31,279 nt of DNA, taken from IMG/VR virus record IMGVR_UViG_3300025276_000128, positions 1-31,279 of that record, one strand, 5' to 3'. Positions 17,500 to 26,454 of the stretch are shown one piece after another; position 1 is the stretch's first letter; each line of letters begins with the position of its first letter. Both the position numbers and the translations under genes were made by a program. Below the pieces are notes generated by a model. The model did not search any database, was not told the origin of the DNA, and saw nothing but the letters and a program-made list of their open reading frames with translations. Source of the DNA: a virus. Its lineage: Duplodnaviria; Caudoviricetes.

Positions 17500-18030
17500 T
17501 TAACTTTTTAACTTTTTATCTTGACCTCTTTTTCGAACTTCATCGGCCATATCTTTATCCGCTTTTCCCCAAGTTCCACTACCTTTAGTTAAGAAAGAAT
17601 TTATACGCGCGTACCCCCATTGTTGTTGATTTGCACCGGGTCTGTGGCCAGTTTTCCAAGCAGCCAATCCTCTTTTCATAATAGTTCTTAGAATATCCAT
17701 ATCAACTCCGGATTCTTCTTTTTTCTTTTCAAGACCTTTTTCGATTGCAGCATCATCAATTTTACTACCATTAAGACCTTCTGATTTTTGATCTTCGTTT
17801 ACAGATTCTTTCTTGTAAAGTTTGTTGTATTTTTTAGTATGTTTGCTAGTTTTGACATCACCATCTTCTCGAGCTTCTTCATCACCTGGAGCATCTTTAT
17901 ATGCACTATCAGAATTATCTGATTTTGATGTTTGTTTTTTAAACTGAGCTTCTCTGTTGTCTTTATCCTCACTATCTACACCTTTGTAGTATTTTTTGGA
18001 TTCCTTTAAAAAATATCTAAAACTTTTCAT
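17500..18030 (-). CDS. conserved viral protein (DUF5824-like) with capsid-targeting-like leader
   Basis: RGLAAWKTGHRPGANQQQWGYARINSF motif; starts MKSFRYFLKE; internal VNE site. Confidence 0.6.
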   Translation of the reverse strand: MKSFRYFLKESKKYYKGVDSEDKDNREAQFKKQTSKSDNSDSAYKDAPGDEEAREDGDVKTSKHTKKYNKLYKKESVNEDQKSEGLNGSKIDDAAIEKGLEKKKEESGVDMDILRTIMKRGLAAWKTGHRPGANQQQWGYARINSFLTKGSGTWGKADKDMADEVRKRGQDKKLKS

Positions 18031-18037
18031 ACACTAT

Positions 18038-18328
18038 TTAACGCTTCAAATAATATGGCTCCCATCCAACTTCTTTAACGTAGTCATCTTGAAATGTACC
18101 ATTAGCACCTTCGATAAAAACAGCATAAGGTACTTCTTTATCCTTATCCATTGCTTCTCTATAATCGTGTTTGCCATTCCAGGATTTTACAAAGTATTCT
18201 GCATCTTCCCAATTGTAAAAACCTAGCGTCTTGTTCATTTCTTCCCAGACTGAGGTATGATTATTAAGGCTTTCTAATGCACTTTTCCTAATTCTTGCAG
18301 TAGTCTTATGTACTATTACTTTTATCAT
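18038..18328 (-). CDS. hypothetical early protein
   Basis: 96-aa ORF directly downstream of promoter cassette copy 5. Confidence 0.7.
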   Translation of the reverse strand: MIKVIVHKTTARIRKSALESLNNHTSVWEEMNKTLGFYNWEDAEYFVKSWNGKHDYREAMDKDKEVPYAVFIEGANGTFQDDYVKEVGWEPYYLKR

Positions 18329-18349
18329 AATATTTAGTTTAATGAGTTA

Positions 18350-18390
18350 TAAGACAAGATACGTATAAAAAATGATAATTGCAACTTTTT
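18350..18390 (-). promoter_or_regulatory. repeated early promoter cassette copy 5 (no hairpin)
   Basis: AAAAGTTGCAA (TTGCAA 18379-18384)-17 nt-TATCTT (18356-18361). Confidence 0.7.
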
Positions 18391-18401
18391 TGAAATAATA
18401 A

Positions 18402-20096
18402 TTACCTTGTTGGTAATTGATCCATATACATAATAGGAAAACAGTCATCAATTATGTAAGCATTACCATCATCAGGAAATACAATTTTAGTAAACAATAT
18501 AGATTGATTTTCCAAAGTAACTGGTGCCTTTAAGAATCTTATACTTGCAATTCTATCATTACTATTCATTAGTACTGGTTTCCAATTCCCTGTTACGGTT
18601 GTTGGGATAGTATCAATACATTGAAAGAATACAGACATTTTGATAGTCTTTTTATTAAGACTAGCTCTTTTCCAAATTCTTAATGTCATAGTATTATCAA
18701 TTCTATTGAATCCAATATAATAAGCATACCAATCATTCAATGGTACATTGATATCATAAACTTTTCCGGCACATCTAAGTTTTGTTATGAAATTACCAGA
18801 AACATACAATTCAATTTTCTGACCTCCTTTGAAAAGTTCTCTCCAAGTATTGTTTTGATTTGTAGGTCTTACTTTTCCGTTGTACCAAAACATAAGACTA
18901 AGATTTTTACTTACATCTATTGTATCTTGATAGGTAACTAATTCTGTTGCGGTTGCACCATAAGCGGTTGCACCATTGGCCGCAGTTGCTCCGGATATGG
19001 CATATTTACCATCTTTTTGAGTTAAGTCATAATGATACTTACTAAAAACGGTAAAGTAATTAGTTAAGTTTTCTTCTTGAACGCCACTTGGTTCCCAAAG
19101 TAAGTTTACAGTTTCTCTCACATTATCACTAAGGTTAACAGCTCTAACAACATATTGTTCTTCTTTAACTATACTAGCTTCTTCTATTTGTCTTTCTGAT
19201 TCAAAACCAGCATCTTCAAAATTAAGTGTCAATTCGTCTATTGTAGTTTGAATATCAACATCCTTTATGATAGAATCTGATTCATTCCATTTTACTAATG
19301 TTCCTTTCCACCAATTAGATTGCCTCATAAAATCTTTAGATTCCTGTGCTGAATTTATTCTATACATTCTACCTTCCAATGGAAAATATAAGAAATCCTT
19401 TTCTGCCGGTTGTTCATAAGTTCCAAATGCGGTCCAAAAAGATTCTTTAGATATTTGAAATTCTAATTCATCAGCAAAGTCAATGTCGAATTCTGTAAAT
19501 TGAAAATCACCAGAACCAAAATCATTTCCTGGAACAACAACTTTTATTTGTTTACATTCTCTAACTTCTAATAAAGACCATTCTTTAAATACAACATCTC
19601 TTGATTGTTCAACGGGGTCACATTTAAAATAAACAACTGGCCATCCAAATCTATTGAATACGCTTTGAGACATCTTTTGCCATATACCTACACTTGCAAG
19701 TGCATTTGAATATTCATATTGATTGTTATTTCCACAATCAACAATAAAAGAATCTTCACTATATTTTATGACTGAACAAAGACATTCACCTAATAATTTA
19801 CCACCAGACCATTCTAAATCTATTCCTGTAAAATTCCAAGAGGTATCTGATTTTACTCTGAATCCAAACCAAGTAAGTTCTCCAGGTGTTAGATTCCAAT
19901 CTGGCCAAGATATCCATTCAGACCAAATATTACCATCATTTGAATAACGATATTCTATTGCAATATTCTTTGCACTATTACCTAGAGCAACTATACTTGT
20001 CAGTCTTTCTAATGTTTGTATAGGTGTATCAAGTTCTAATAATACGAACTCATCACACTTAACGGATTTACTTGTTTCTATTTTAAATGATGGCAT
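18402..20096 (-). CDS. virion structural protein: T4 gp14-like neck domain plus LamG/ConA-like C-terminal domain
   Basis: PAEKDFLYFPLEGRMYRI resembles gp14 PxEGDLIYFP; LSLMFW..., NDWYAYYI are LamG-type strands; TAAATA upstream. Confidence 0.55.
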   Translation of the reverse strand: MPSFKIETSKSVKCDEFVLLELDTPIQTLERLTSIVALGNSAKNIAIEYRYSNDGNIWSEWISWPDWNLTPGELTWFGFRVKSDTSWNFTGIDLEWSGGKLLGECLCSVIKYSEDSFIVDCGNNNQYEYSNALASVGIWQKMSQSVFNRFGWPVVYFKCDPVEQSRDVVFKEWSLLEVRECKQIKVVVPGNDFGSGDFQFTEFDIDFADELEFQISKESFWTAFGTYEQPAEKDFLYFPLEGRMYRINSAQESKDFMRQSNWWKGTLVKWNESDSIIKDVDIQTTIDELTLNFEDAGFESERQIEEASIVKEEQYVVRAVNLSDNVRETVNLLWEPSGVQEENLTNYFTVFSKYHYDLTQKDGKYAISGATAANGATAYGATATELVTYQDTIDVSKNLSLMFWYNGKVRPTNQNNTWRELFKGGQKIELYVSGNFITKLRCAGKVYDINVPLNDWYAYYIGFNRIDNTMTLRIWKRASLNKKTIKMSVFFQCIDTIPTTVTGNWKPVLMNSNDRIASIRFLKAPVTLENQSILFTKIVFPDDGNAYIIDDCFPIMYMDQLPTR

Positions 20097-20127
20097 CTAA
20101 GAAGTATTCTTTTCTTATTTAATATAA

Positions 20128-20159
20128 ACAAAAAAGACCACCATTTCTAGTAGTCTTTT
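20128..20159 (-). terminator. intrinsic terminator after the glycosylation cassette
   Basis: AAAAGACTAC/GTGGTCTTTT stem followed by T-tract. Confidence 0.65.
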
Positions 20160-20166
20160 GATATAA

Positions 20167-20772
20167 TTACTTTGGTTTGTTTATAATCCAACTCGATGAA
20201 CTGATATTATTACATGATAATTTCATTTTAGTTGCAAAGTCTTGAACTGCTTGTTTTACTGGAATATAGTCAAAATCGTGACCACATATAATACCACCAT
20301 CTTTAACTTTATCATACCAAGCATCAAGGTCATTTGAAACAGCTTCATAAGTGTGTTCTGCATCAATGAATATAAAATCTATTGATTGAGATTCAAATTC
20401 TTTCGCTGCATCAAGTGATTTTTTCCTTATTGGAGTTATGATATTAGTTAATCCACAAGATTCTACATTAGACATAAACACCCCAAAGAAATCTGAATTG
20501 AATCTATGTGTTACTGCGTTTGCACTATCATCTGTTACACTTGTTGTGTTTTTTACAGAACCCTTGAATGAATCAACAGCGTAAAATGTAATATTAGCAT
20601 TCGATTCTTTAATTGTAGAACCCATATAACAAGCTGATTGTCCCATCCAAGTTCCAACTTCAACAAACACTACATCATTTAAGTCTTTGTGTCTATTAAC
20701 CATATCTGCATAAAGGTCTGGAAAATTAAACCATCCTTCTACTTCTCGCCATGTTTTTGTGTTGTTTTTCAT
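20167..20772 (-). CDS. class I SAM-dependent methyltransferase (Methyltransf_24-like)
   Basis: VEVGTWMGQS, AVDSF, DFIFIDAEHTY, GGIICGHDF. Confidence 0.85.
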   Translation of the reverse strand: MKNNTKTWREVEGWFNFPDLYADMVNRHKDLNDVVFVEVGTWMGQSACYMGSTIKESNANITFYAVDSFKGSVKNTTSVTDDSANAVTHRFNSDFFGVFMSNVESCGLTNIITPIRKKSLDAAKEFESQSIDFIFIDAEHTYEAVSNDLDAWYDKVKDGGIICGHDFDYIPVKQAVQDFATKMKLSCNNISSSSWIINKPK

Positions 20773-20774
20773 AT

Positions 20775-21617
20775 TTATATTGTTTTTTTAATTAAGTGTT
20801 CATATTTGTGTTGGTTATCCACTATCCATTGTGGATATTCTGGAAATGTAATTTCTTCGTACTTTCTAATTTCATTATTATTCGATTTGTCTAATAGGTC
20901 TTGTGTTCCGTTTAAAGAATTATTTATGTGTTCTAAGTTTGTATATTCTTCGGTTGAAAATTCACTGTGCGAAAAAGACTTTAACTTTTTTTGTATCATT
21001 TCTGCACCTCCGCAATATGAAAAATGCCAACCAATATTTTTAATAGTAGGAAAATTGAAATTCATCCTAATTTGTTGAGGGGTAAGATGTTTTATGTGTT
21101 CATATTTAGAAATTGTTGAATAATACCAATCTGCACTATTACTTATTCTATTTAGAAATAGTCCTTTATAAAACATACCTAATTTATATGGGGTTTTTGG
21201 TAGTTTTCTAAACAATTCAAATACTTCGGGTTTAGGTATTTCATCTATATCAGAAACTAATATGATATCATCGTCTTTAATATTTAATTTTTCAAATCCT
21301 TCTTTTATAGCATTTCTTTGAAAATATTCTAAAGACCAATAACCATCATTCGGGGTATATGTTTTCTTTTTTGTAAAATCCTTACCTTTACCTACGTTAG
21401 ACATATCACATTTAATGTAAATTATTTTATCTTTGAAATCTTTAAATCTAGTCTCTAATTTACTTTCTAATTCAAATGATTTTTCTAAATTAGAAAATGT
21501 TCTATTACCTTCAACTATAACAAAATAATCAACTACATCTTTAAGTACATTTAGTCTTATTTCTAACATATCATCTTCTTGAAAATATATAAAACCATCT
21601 ATAATTCTATTTTTCAT
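20775..21617 (-). CDS. glycosyltransferase family 17-like (beta-1,4-GlcNAc transferase type)
   Basis: EDDMLEIRL, VDYFVIVE.NRTFS, QRNAI, SDIDEIP, GWHFSY. Confidence 0.85.
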   Translation of the reverse strand: MKNRIIDGFIYFQEDDMLEIRLNVLKDVVDYFVIVEGNRTFSNLEKSFELESKLETRFKDFKDKIIYIKCDMSNVGKGKDFTKKKTYTPNDGYWSLEYFQRNAIKEGFEKLNIKDDDIILVSDIDEIPKPEVFELFRKLPKTPYKLGMFYKGLFLNRISNSADWYYSTISKYEHIKHLTPQQIRMNFNFPTIKNIGWHFSYCGGAEMIQKKLKSFSHSEFSTEEYTNLEHINNSLNGTQDLLDKSNNNEIRKYEEITFPEYPQWIVDNQHKYEHLIKKTI

Positions 21618-21625
21618 ATTTTTAA

Positions 21626-22297
21626 TTAAGTTGTTTTAATTTGTCTATTATATTTGTTAAATAATTTGTTTTTAAATTCAAGATATCTTCCCCAACACGT
21701 GCCTTTAATATTAACTGTTGCCGAATGATGCATAATATAAGAACTTTCTTTTATGCTTATTGGTGCTAATTTACTTTCTGCACTATTCGTTGCAATAGAC
21801 CAACAACCCAATCCTGTTTTTTCTTGTGCATTTATACAATAATCTTCTACATATAAATGAAATTCATCAAAAATCTTATCATCGAATTTTAATTTTTGTC
21901 TAACATCTATTAATATGAAACAACAATCAATAGTTTCATATTTATACAATTTAGATGTACTACACCATTTTACATTATATGAATTGTCATCATAAATTCT
22001 ACCTACTATACCTAACGAAGAAAAACCTAAACCTCGTTTTTCTAGTATCTTGATAGTTTTTTCGATATTAAGTAACAAATCCGATGAAAATGAAACATCT
22101 TGATGTGTAAGAATCAAGTAATCTGTTTCACATCTATCAATTATGTCATTATAATTTTGTGCTGGAAATTTCTTATCAGATGTTGTTAAAATATTAAAAT
22201 TTCCTTTTAAATTTTCTAAACTCGGACCTAGATGTGAATCAAAAACTTTTTCATCATGTCGTATAAATCCTATTGTATATCTATTATTTTCTAACAT
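21626..22297 (-). CDS. GT-A fold glycosyltransferase-like protein (GT2-like)
   Basis: YN, YLILTHQDV, IDCCFIL, FD..FHLYVEDYC, HHS. Confidence 0.7.
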   Translation of the reverse strand: MLENNRYTIGFIRHDEKVFDSHLGPSLENLKGNFNILTTSDKKFPAQNYNDIIDRCETDYLILTHQDVSFSSDLLLNIEKTIKILEKRGLGFSSLGIVGRIYDDNSYNVKWCSTSKLYKYETIDCCFILIDVRQKLKFDDKIFDEFHLYVEDYCINAQEKTGLGCWSIATNSAESKLAPISIKESSYIMHHSATVNIKGTCWGRYLEFKNKLFNKYNRQIKTT

Positions 22298-22309
22298 ATT
22301 CTTTTACCA

Positions 22310-22393
22310 TTATTTATAAGATTTTATTTTTCTAGCAGACGGTCCAGAGGCAAGTATTATTAATGGCTTATTTATATCGTATCCTTCTATCAT
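22310..22393 (-). pseudogene. truncated 27-aa remnant of a sugar-transferase/DUF115-like gene
   Basis: MIEGYDINKPLIILASGPSARKIKSYK; ATGA-coupled to the upstream gene; hydrophobic-xSGPS motif. Confidence 0.4.
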
Positions 22394-23241
22394 ACTAATA
22401 TTACATTATTATAGTCTTTTATATTTTTTAATAAAATACTAAAAGAACTTGTAAATTTTTCTCCTTCGGCACAAATAAATGTGTCTACTTTAAGGTTTTT
22501 GCCAATCAAAAAATCAATCAAAGCAAACATTTCTCTGCCGTCTAATACATCATCATTGTATAATGACTTGTAGGTTTCCATAACTAAATCTTTATCAAAA
22601 TAAACAATTTCATATTTTTCTTTTAATTCAGATACAAATGGATGATGTATGTCTTCCATTAGAAGAATTAATTTTTTATTGACATTGCAATTTTTATTTA
22701 TTTCATTTCTATAAGATTCTAAAAGACTATTGTAACATTTTCTTTTTCTCAATTCTACTATATGGTCTTCAGCATCTTTATCTATCCTTAGATGAACAAG
22801 ATTAACTTCTTCATCTAACAATTCCATTTTTTCAATTATTTTTTTAGAAAGATTTTCCCATTTTTGATTAAAAATAAGTTTTTTTGTTATTTTCTTAAAA
22901 CTTTCTTTATCTTGATGATAACACATAAATACATAATCTTGAGGTATTGCATTGAACTCTCCTCCTACAAAATCAGTAATGTCATATATATTCCAAACAT
23001 ATTCAGACCGCATTTTATTTATGTCAACTATTTCAGAAAATTTCAATAAATCACCTTTTATCCAATCTTTACTGAAAAAATCTACATAAAGATTATCTCG
23101 TTTTACATTAACTAAGTGAATCGAATTTATAAACGAGAATATTTGATTACAAAGTCCTGTTGAATTTAATGGACACTTTTCTTCAAGTGAAAATGGATAT
23201 TTTAATTGTCTACCATGTATTAAGACTGATATATTATTCAT
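22390..23241 (-). CDS. GT-B fucosyltransferase-like glycosyltransferase (O-FucT/GT11/NodZ-like)
   Basis: GLCNQ, VHLR, ALIDFLI and SSFS motifs. Confidence 0.7.
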   Translation of the reverse strand: MNNISVLIHGRQLKYPFSLEEKCPLNSTGLCNQIFSFINSIHLVNVKRDNLYVDFFSKDWIKGDLLKFSEIVDINKMRSEYVWNIYDITDFVGGEFNAIPQDYVFMCYHQDKESFKKITKKLIFNQKWENLSKKIIEKMELLDEEVNLVHLRIDKDAEDHIVELRKRKCYNSLLESYRNEINKNCNVNKKLILLMEDIHHPFVSELKEKYEIVYFDKDLVMETYKSLYNDDVLDGREMFALIDFLIGKNLKVDTFICAEGEKFTSSFSILLKNIKDYNNVILV

Positions 23242-23270
23242 AGGAATTGTAATTACTTAATATATAAAAC

Positions 23271-23309
23271 AAAAAAAAGAGGATAATATTTTACTACTAT
23301 CCTCTTTTT
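23271..23309. terminator. intrinsic terminator (potentially bidirectional)
   Basis: AAAAAGAGGATA/TATCCTCTTTTT inverted repeat. Confidence 0.7.
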
Positions 23310-23325
23310 ACTATTTTATATATTA

Positions 23326-24402
23326 CTATATTGAATTTCTAAGTCTTGCTAAAACATCTTTTTGTTTAGAAACATTTCCACCACTTGACATAACAGCATT
23401 TGCTAACCATTTTGCAGCACCTTTTTTATCTTTAACTCCTTTGTCGTATTTGATAATTGCATCTACTAAATACTTATCACCATCTGTAACTATTTCAGCA
23501 CCGAATTCTACATCATCAGCATCCAATTTTTGTGTACCCCAACTTGACTGTTCATCGGCAAAGTTTTCTATAAAGGTTAACAATTGTTGATTTGAATAAT
23601 CCAAAGCACCTTCGTTCAAGAATTCTTTATTTCCATTTAGTACAGCATTAGTAATACTCAATCTATCTTTTAAACTTCCTTTCTTTGCAAATGAAAAAAG
23701 TTTCTTTGCAAATTTTTCATCACCTCCGATAAAATCTATAACTGCAGCAACTCTTAATCCTGTATATTGTGCAATATCTTTTGATAAAGAATCTGTATCA
23801 GTTGATTCATTTATACTTTCTTCAAGTAGTTCTTCTTTATCGGCCAAGAAATCATTCAATGAAATTCTAATTGCGTTCAAATCATCTTCAGCTTCATCAA
23901 CTAAACTTTTGTGTTCTGGTAATTTAACATTTCTTGTTTTTGCAAGTACTTCTTCATGACAAGTATCAACTAATCCCCAAATTTCTGAAATTGTAATAAT
24001 ATCTTTCTTATCTTTCTTAGAAAAATTCTTAGAATTCATTATTTGTTTGATAGTTTCTTTGTCGTAATTTTCGTTTAATCCTGAATTAACCTTATCAATA
24101 CCTGCATTGATAAAATCACCTAATTGCCAAATAAATTCTTGTAATCCATCAGCAACTAATTGAAATTTAATTTCTCCTTCTGGTGTTTTAATCTTTGAAC
24201 TTAATTTTTTTATATCTTTACTGAAAGCATCCGCTTTATCAGCTATCGAATCTATAATTATAAAATCATTTTGTTCGTCAGGAGATAATCCAGTTGATTT
24301 TTTTATGTCTTTTAAATCAGAAGAACTTAATTTTTCATTAAGAGATTTTTCAAGTCCGTTTGAACTTCTACCTTCGTTTATAAATTTTCTTAGTTTGCTC
24401 AT
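23326..24402 (-). CDS. leader-tagged multi-module protein (putative protease-processed polyprotein)
   Basis: MSKLRKFINE; (L/I)NE ending at aa 10, 23, 111, 199 and 264; two gapless 88-aa homologous modules. Confidence 0.7.
   Translation of the reverse strand: MSKLRKFINEGRSSNGLEKSLNEKLSSSDLKDIKKSTGLSPDEQNDFIIIDSIADKADAFSKDIKKLSSKIKTPEGEIKFQLVADGLQEFIWQLGDFINAGIDKVNSGLNENYDKETIKQIMNSKNFSKKDKKDIITISEIWGLVDTCHEEVLAKTRNVKLPEHKSLVDEAEDDLNAIRISLNDFLADKEELLEESINESTDTDSLSKDIAQYTGLRVAAVIDFIGGDEKFAKKLFSFAKKGSLKDRLSITNAVLNGNKEFLNEGALDYSNQQLLTFIENFADEQSSWGTQKLDADDVEFGAEIVTDGDKYLVDAIIKYDKGVKDKKGAAKWLANAVMSSGGNVSKQKDVLARLRNSI
23806..24333 (-). repeat. two diverged tandem 88-codon protein modules
   Basis: aa 24-111 and 112-199 align without gaps; both end in (L/I)NE. 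Confidence 0.65.
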
Positions 24403-24417
24403 TTGTAATATATATTT

Positions 24418-24735
24418 TTATTTTATTCCTTTCTTAATATTATCAAGTTTCTTTTTTGCTTCTTCAATATCCTTTTTAATAAACTTAATAGCTTTTGGAT
24501 TAGTTTCAGCTTCTAATTCTTTGTGTAAGTCAATAAGATACATTGCCATATTATTCATATCTTTTTGTTTACCTTCGTTCATTTCTTGATGTTTGATATA
24601 CATTTCTTTAAATTCTTTTCTTTTCTTATCACTTAAAGAAGTAAATTGAAACCAACTCATCCCATAATAACTTGCAACTGCTTTTAGGTCTACTGATTTT
24701 TTCTTTTCGTTAAGAAATTCGTTTAAATGTTTCAT
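24418..24735 (-). CDS. putative capsid-internal protein (leader-tagged)
   Basis: Starts MKHLNEFLNE; internal MNE. Confidence 0.7.
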   Translation of the reverse strand: MKHLNEFLNEKKKSVDLKAVASYYGMSWFQFTSLSDKKRKEFKEMYIKHQEMNEGKQKDMNNMAMYLIDLHKELEAETNPKAIKFIKKDIEEAKKKLDNIKKGIK

Positions 24736-25034
24736 ATTTTTATCTTAATTTTTGTAACGTCTTTGATGGCGTTTTTACCGAATGCATCATTATCATCTAA
24801 GAAATCATTTACAAGTTCTTGGATTTCATCATAGTAATCATCATTGTCTGCAATTCCCATATCATGAAAGATGTCAACTAATGGAGATTCAAATTCTTCA
24901 TTATCATCATACGTTTCCATTTTCATTCTATCCTTTTGAGATATTTTATTCAGGATAGGTAACATTTGTTTCAAGACGGATTCTGCATCCTTTTCTTCTT
25001 TACCTTCGTTCAAAAATTCATTTAATGATTTCAT
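24732..25034 (-). CDS. putative capsid-internal protein (leader-tagged)
   Basis: Starts MKSLNEFLNE. Confidence 0.7.
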   Translation of the reverse strand: MKSLNEFLNEGKEEKDAESVLKQMLPILNKISQKDRMKMETYDDNEEFESPLVDIFHDMGIADNDDYYDEIQELVNDFLDDNDAFGKNAIKDVTKIKIKI

Positions 25035-25037
25035 AAT

Positions 25038-25301
25038 TTAAAAATATTTTTGATCCATTTCAACAATGTTTTCCATATAATCGTCTACTGCTTTAACCAT
25101 AAGTTGTTGTTGAGATAAGAATAAATGTGCATCTTGTGCCATATTAGGATTATCTTTTACGTGCTTAGGAATTGTTTTTTCATATTCTTCTGCCAATTTT
25201 AGAAATTCGACAAGTGTCATTTTAGCAAAAAGTTTTGCCCAAGTTTTTCTGCTTCCAGATTCATTAATTTCTTCACTACTAAATTCGTTTAATGCTTTCA
25301 T
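25038..25301 (-). CDS. putative capsid-internal protein (variant leader)
   Basis: MKALNEFSSEEINE; TAAATA upstream. Confidence 0.65.
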   Translation of the reverse strand: MKALNEFSSEEINESGSRKTWAKLFAKMTLVEFLKLAEEYEKTIPKHVKDNPNMAQDAHLFLSQQQLMVKAVDDYMENIVEMDQKYF

Positions 25302-25315
25302 ATCTATTATTTATT

Positions 25316-26152
25316 TTAATCTTTTTGACCAAGTACATAAATTTTATATGCACTAATAAAATCAGTAATTACTTTCTTACCTTTTTTAAGTAAATCCTTT
25401 TCCCCATCTATATTACCACCATAGAATGCGTGTGCTTGTAATACTGCACCTCTATTTCTCCAATCAGTTTCTCCATTTGGTAAATAAGGTCTTGCATCTT
25501 CATCATATCCTAAGTCTAAGCATCCCCATCCATAAAGATAAACAATAAATTCGTTTCTTGGATTTGCACTATTATAAAGGTCTTTAATGAATTTTGGTTT
25601 GCTAATATATTTTAAAACATCATCTGCATTTTTAAAATCCTTTGTGTAGGCATTACTATGTTTAGAATAAACTCGGAATCCATTATTAATTCTTGATTCG
25701 TCTTTGTTCTTTTCGTAATATTCTTTAGCATACGATAAATATTCAACAATTTCATCTGCTTTTTTAGAACTAACTTTCAATTTATTTGATATTAGTTTTG
25801 TTGCATTTGATTTTTGTTTCTTTTTATCAGCTTCCGATGCAAGTTTAGCCACATCTATTGGTTTGATAAGTAAAGATACCCATTCATCAACCTCTTCAAT
25901 TTCAACTTTAACATTTGGAAATTTCTTTTTGATTAAAATTGATAATCTTTCTGCTTCTTTTACATCTTCTTTGCCTACCGTTTCACTTCCAACATCACCA
26001 TTCTCTCTTGTTTGTAACAAAATTTCCGAATCATCGTTATCATCATAAATTTCCATATATGTTTTAATGGACTTTACAAATTTGATTAAGTCTGTATGTT
26101 CTTTTGATTCAAACGACAAGTATTCGTTTAAAAATTCTTTATAACCTTTCAT
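25316..26152 (-). CDS. putative capsid-internal protein (leader-tagged)
   Basis: Starts MKGYKEFLNE. Confidence 0.7.
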   Translation of the reverse strand: MKGYKEFLNEYLSFESKEHTDLIKFVKSIKTYMEIYDDNDDSEILLQTRENGDVGSETVGKEDVKEAERLSILIKKKFPNVKVEIEEVDEWVSLLIKPIDVAKLASEADKKKQKSNATKLISNKLKVSSKKADEIVEYLSYAKEYYEKNKDESRINNGFRVYSKHSNAYTKDFKNADDVLKYISKPKFIKDLYNSANPRNEFIVYLYGWGCLDLGYDEDARPYLPNGETDWRNRGAVLQAHAFYGGNIDGEKDLLKKGKKVITDFISAYKIYVLGQKD

Positions 26153-26180
26153 ATCTATTGTTTATTTTATAATCCTTAGT

Positions 26181-26453
26181 TTATCCAAAATCAGATTTGA
26201 TTGTTTTTAAATCTATAGCATAATCTTTGATATATGTTGTTGCCCAATCAAATAACTCTTCATAATCTAAATCATCTTTAAAATTTTTAAAGTTTGTATT
26301 ATCAAACCAGGCACTGGTCATTTTCAATAAATACTTTCGATTTTTTTTTCTTAAATGTTTTTTTATTTTATCATATTCTGAATCTGATAAAGATGTTCCG
26401 TTTGAACCTTCTCTATATACATCTTCATTAAGAAATTCATTTAATGCTTTCAT
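26181..26453 (-). CDS. putative capsid-internal protein (leader-tagged)
   Basis: Starts MKALNEFLNE. Confidence 0.7.
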   Translation of the reverse strand: MKALNEFLNEDVYREGSNGTSLSDSEYDKIKKHLRKKNRKYLLKMTSAWFDNTNFKNFKDDLDYEELFDWATTYIKDYAIDLKTIKSDFG

Positions 26454-26454
26454 A

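Noticed and set aside
1408-18390. Dispersed repeats read as a CRISPR array or insertion-sequence ends
   Set aside because: Copies are kilobases apart and degenerate, with no regular spacers, target-site duplications or transposase.
18940-18995. GATA peptide triplet (GATAANGATAYGATA) in the structural protein
   Set aside because: Short low-complexity linker with no further support for a function.
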